31,643 nucleotides of DNA, taken from positions 1 through 31,643 of the forward strand of contig CAXXHA010000026.1 in assembly GCA_963662265.2 (NCBI GenBank). The letters run 5' to 3'. Every line of letters begins with the position of its first letter. Position 1 is the first letter of the stretch. This DNA is from Spirochaetia bacterium (lineage in GTDB: Bacteria > Spirochaetota > Spirochaetia > CADAEX01). Of the stretch, positions 28,601 through 31,643 are shown one piece after another. The notes under the pieces are model-generated. The model was not told the origin of the DNA. It searched no databases and saw nothing but the letters and a program-made list of their open reading frames with translations. Both the position numbers and the translations under genes were made by a program.

Positions 28601-29047
28601 TTTGTTATTTCCTATGATTCTATAAAATACAGGAATATGATATCGCCGTTTTTCCGGTATCTTCTGCTCAGGAAAATTACAGGAGACAGTGATATTGAGC
28701 TTAATGTATTCAGCAGGGAGGGAAAGACAGCTGCTGTAATAAGTGACAGTGATATTGATCCTGATGCTGTTTTGAATGCTGCAGCATGCTCCTATATAGA
28801 AAGTTTTAATTCCCCTGTAACAGTCGATATATCCTGTATGGCTGAACTTATCAGGGACAGTAAGAATATAAAAAATATTGATGATTTCTTCGGCAGAATT
28901 GATGATTATTATTCGGTCAACAGCTTTTCAGATTCAATTTATCTGAACCACGGATCCGATATATCGCTTAACTACAGAAATGAAGATTTTTACAGGCTTT
29001 ATCAGTTGTTCTACAGCTGTCTTGATTTCAGCAGAAGGGGGAAGTGA
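25610..29047 (+). CDS. recC: Exodeoxyribonuclease V gamma subunit RecC; start revised to TTG 25610
   Basis: SD GGAGG 25594-25598; (M)YKAYFSNSLE, IVQNSNMEEWLKLRLA, WQMRLW, REIEILKN, DIGVAAPDINSYVPFI, SLKPLRAIPFKVIFLLGM, FLETVLSAGEKLFISYTG, PSPLV. Confidence 0.9.
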   Translation: MYKAYFSNSLEKFIDNYSSLFSPAGLFDRNSVFIVQNSNMEEWLKLRLADKTGVFAGINFQFQDETLRNIISLSPEVSRALETKKTIYLDDLKLIIFHTLNNIFRSIEDYPEFSTLKSYVNHEYPLSEGDMNNIKSTRLYRLSDSIAGLFHHYGLNSSEMIRKWEARMSYAAGTEFSYLEGNERWQMRLWDIIFGKDSSYLHPGQIIAGILDGKYNIPPVNKKIIIFGSSFLSEQAVEFFHYLSSSCSAEIHHFILSPSPFIQKPEVEKSLILSQWGNIVTGLAEMLVGKGVDIHEDYLVPEGGVMPEGCEVIAESRGPEGSKSAGTVSEVSEIRGPDECKLTGITMLSALKNAVFSNLKKCSGFFDQDDSSLRVISVPGKKREIEILKNNIIYLMDKKGYDFYDIGVAAPDINSYVPFIDSVFRSGDPALDIPYNLMDVSFVENSDYLNGFFSLLDLTGSRFSRKQLFSLFNNRCFKNRFHLSDSDVDKWLEICDRLFIKWGYDSEHREEIISRKSDFATWKKALDRVGSGFLFSEEEGSLSLSSGSDITPYQLSGSSEENTAASLFQAVNLLYRNIYGLRFSEYEIPAWAMQMEKIADFFLSPVYGTGDDDDRKFLKNVFRQINTLVIENSEAESISEKPVPYSLYRMLIDEFAGKSGYCRGQYLAEGISFSSLKPLRAIPFKVIFLLGMDENSFPGREKSRNYDLRSLTPKSIDLSVQNTDCFTFLETVLSAGEKLFISYTGTNIITGEILEPSPLVTEILSMFESSEAEKIHVAHPLHSHNSVYFEETGRFRDFISFDRLDFRAASVMKSRQKKTPPLLELDTGFDLPDEVEAETDIYRFERFLKYPVSFFLEYVEGIKASGTQLLENDETEHFGLTYSDNNVISREIADSSDGEDRIFERYVEEGRTAGILNNCSVSDYECLLSGDDYEKFRSNLVSEGYFESDPVEVVLSEHGARGKSSLISFPPVEVLSEKGRLSISGYMKGLRRRGSSWFVISYDSIKYRNMISPFFRYLLLRKITGDSDIELNVFSREGKTAAVISDSDIDPDAVLNAAACSYIESFNSPVTVDISCMAELIRDSKNIKNIDDFFGRIDDYYSVNSFSDSIYLNHGSDISLNYRNEDFYRLYQLFYSCLDFSRRGK

Positions 29048-31643
29048 TCATGGAAAAGATAAATGAGTTTAATATTGAAACAGCAGATCTCTCTTCCAGC
29101 ATGATTCTTGAAGCTTCTGCCGGTACAGGCAAGACATACAGCCTCGAGCATCTGTTTGTCAGGTATATACTTGAAACAGGCCTGAATGTAAGTGAAATCC
29201 TTGTGGTTACTTTTACAGAGAAAGCTGCATCCGAGCTCAAGAAAAGGATCAAGGCGCTCCTTCGCAAAGAGCTGTCTGAGCTGGAAGCTGAAACAGGATC
29301 CTCCTCTTCAGCTACTGATAAAATTCGGATCCTGAAAAGCGCGCTTTATGATTTTTCAGAAGCTCCTGTTTTCACCATACACGGGTTCTGCCAGAACAGC
29401 CTGTCAGCCTTCCCTGTGGAAAGCGGTCTGCCGTTTGATTTCAGGATAATGGAATCTGATGATATCTACAGGGAGACTGTTCTGGATTACTTCAGAATGC
29501 TTGATGCGGAAAACAATGATGAATATTATTCCTTCAGGGCGGGGAAACCCGGAATTGACAGTATTATTGATTTTTTTGTTTCTCTCCTGAAGAAAGACAC
29601 TCTTGACGGATCAGTCAATGTTTATCCGGGAGAGGATACTCTCTCAGAATACAGAAAGGAAATAAGGGATTTCAGCTCCGGGAAAGGGTGTATTTACGAG
29701 AGCCTGAGGACTCTTGAAAATCTTAAACCAGATGCTGATTTTCTTGATTCCATAAACAGGAAAATGAAACTGAGGATAGGCTCGAAATTCATTACACTGC
29801 TGCTGAAGCTTTTCGACGAACTCTTTAAATCAGAAACGCTTTTTCAGCTTTTTTCACCTGACTTTGTCTACAATTACGGGAGGTTTGAAAAGCTGTCGAT
29901 TGACTGGCTTGAAAATTCAAAAAGAGATATTTTCCCTGCTTGATGAGAGGGAGTATGCATTTTCATCTGCAGTTTCATCTTTTCTTGAATTTACTGAAAT
30001 CTTTCAATTTGACAGCGGTAAGGGCAGTTTTCCATTTCATGATATTGCATCATCTTCATTCATACTTAAATCTCTTGAAATTCTAAAAAATAATCTTTAC
30101 CTGAAAAAGATTAAAAACTCAGAACTGGATTTTTCTGATCTGATAAAGCTGACCTATGAGGCTGTAACCTGTGAAAAAAAACAGCAGCCGTGATTTCTGC
30201 CGGGAGATTGGAAGGAAGTACAGTCTAGTTCTGATTGACGAGTTTCAGGATACAGATAATCTGCAGTGGGATATTTTCAGCTCGCTCTTTTCTCTGAAGG
30301 GAAAAAGAGTTGTCCTCATAGGTGATCCCAAGCAGTCAATATACCGGTTCAGGGGAGCTGATATTGAGGTTTATTTCAGGGCACTCGATGAGGTCAAAGA
30401 TTCAGGCATCAAGTACATGCTTGAAACAAACTACCGCTCAGAAAAACGGGTTGTCAGGGCGCTTAACAATATGTTTTGATCAGGTTTTTGCGTTTAACTC
30501 AGGCCGGAGGACATAACATAGATTTTTATCCTGTTAAATATCTTGATGACAAGGATGTGCTTCTTGACAGGGGCGGTGTGGAATTCCCTTGCTGTTGAAA
30601 ATGATTCAAGGTTTACATCTGATGAGGTGAAGACAGTAATTGAAAGAGATATTCGCATCTGAAATTAAAAACCTTCTTGAAACAGGTTCTGTAAAAGCAT
30701 CTGATATCTGTATTCTTCTGGAATCCAATGACAACTGCAGGGATATGTACAGCACTCTTGTCTCTCTGAATATTCCTGCTGTATATGACGGGGAAACTGA
30801 TCTTTTTAAAAAGCGATGAAATATTTATTGCGCTTGATTTTCTTTACAGCAGTGTCATCTCCCCGTTTGACAGGGGCAGTATAGTAAAGACGCTTATTTC
30901 ACCCCTGTTTGATTATCAGCTTTCAGAACTTCCACCTGCTGATAATGATGCTGATTTTGAAAAAATATCTGCTGTCTTTCTTAAGTGGAAAGAATTGACT
31001 GACAGGGGGCGTTTTTCAGCAGTGCTTGATGAAATTACCGGACGGGGGGAATATTTTTCCATCGCTGCAGGATGATGAAAAAGAGCCTTTTCTTATCAGA
31101 AGGATAGGTGAAATAGGGGGAGAAAGAAGAACTCACAAACTTCGAGCATATTGGTGAGCTTCTTGTAAACCGCAACAGGGCGGGACGGGAAAATACATCA
31201 GAGCTTATATCCTATCTTGTATCTGTAATGGAAGGTGCGGAGCAGGAAGAGGAGAAAGTTACACGCCTTGAGAGGGATGACAGGTCTGTCAGAATAATGA
31301 CCATGACACAAGAGCAAGGGGCTTGAATTCCCTGTTGTATTCTTTGGCGGGGGAATGAAGGGGGGGGATCTCCCGAAAAGTTCCGAGCCTTTCTATGAAT
31401 TTATTGAAAACGGCAGAAGATGTGTTGATCTTGTCAGGAAAAGCAGCAATAAGGCAGCCCATTACTGCGAGCAGTGGGAGGAGAGGAAGAGGCTTTATTA
31501 TGTTGCTTTCACAAGGGCTGAGCAGAAGCTTTATCTTCCCCTTTTCAGGTACTCAAATCTGAATTACCTTACATCGCTCTACGGGTCAATGGTTTTATGA
31601 GAGTTTGTGTGAATCTGCAGCGGAAGAGGGGCTTTCTGTTGAA
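29044..31643 (+). CDS. recB: Exodeoxyribonuclease V beta subunit RecB; 3'-truncated by the window, about ten apparent 1-nt insertions after 29900
   Basis: LEASAGTGKTY, ILVVTFTEKAASELKKRI, FTIHGFC, LIDEFQDT, IGDPKQSIYRFRGAD, LETNYRS. After frame repair: GERRLTNFEHIGELL, RLERD..VRIMTMHKSKGLEFPVV, EERKRLYYVAFTRA. GTGA overlap with recC. Confidence 0.9.

Overview
Bacterial chromosomal window, probably Spirochaetota (inferred from the LFSC lipobox, mnmE-mnmG-rsmG without parAB, and the membrane-anchored TPR and LysM proteins beside ftsK). Nearly all genes are on the + strand. Order: NrpR-family (DUF128) nitrogen regulator, gltB-gltD, pepT, an unknown lipoprotein and a predicted outer-membrane beta-barrel protein, mnmE-mnmG-rsmG, a minus-strand membrane-anchored TPR protein with a degenerate Mrr-like domain, a divergent Hsp70-substrate-binding-like/TM/LysM protein, ftsK, a nucleoside:H+ symporter-type MFS, an AT-rich higB / higA-metallopeptidase toxin-antitoxin islet with a perfect 37-bp palindrome, then recC and recB (truncated by the window end). 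Single-base frameshifts cluster at both ends (nrpR, 5' gltB, recB) and look like consensus errors. Best leads: (1) the Hsp70-SBD-TM-LysM protein with its TPR-Mrr and FtsK neighbours, (2) the protease-fused TA module directly upstream of recC-recB, (3) a twin-palindrome leader between nrpR and gltB, (4) recurrent leaderless promoter geometry. All assignments are by eye from motifs; no searches were run.
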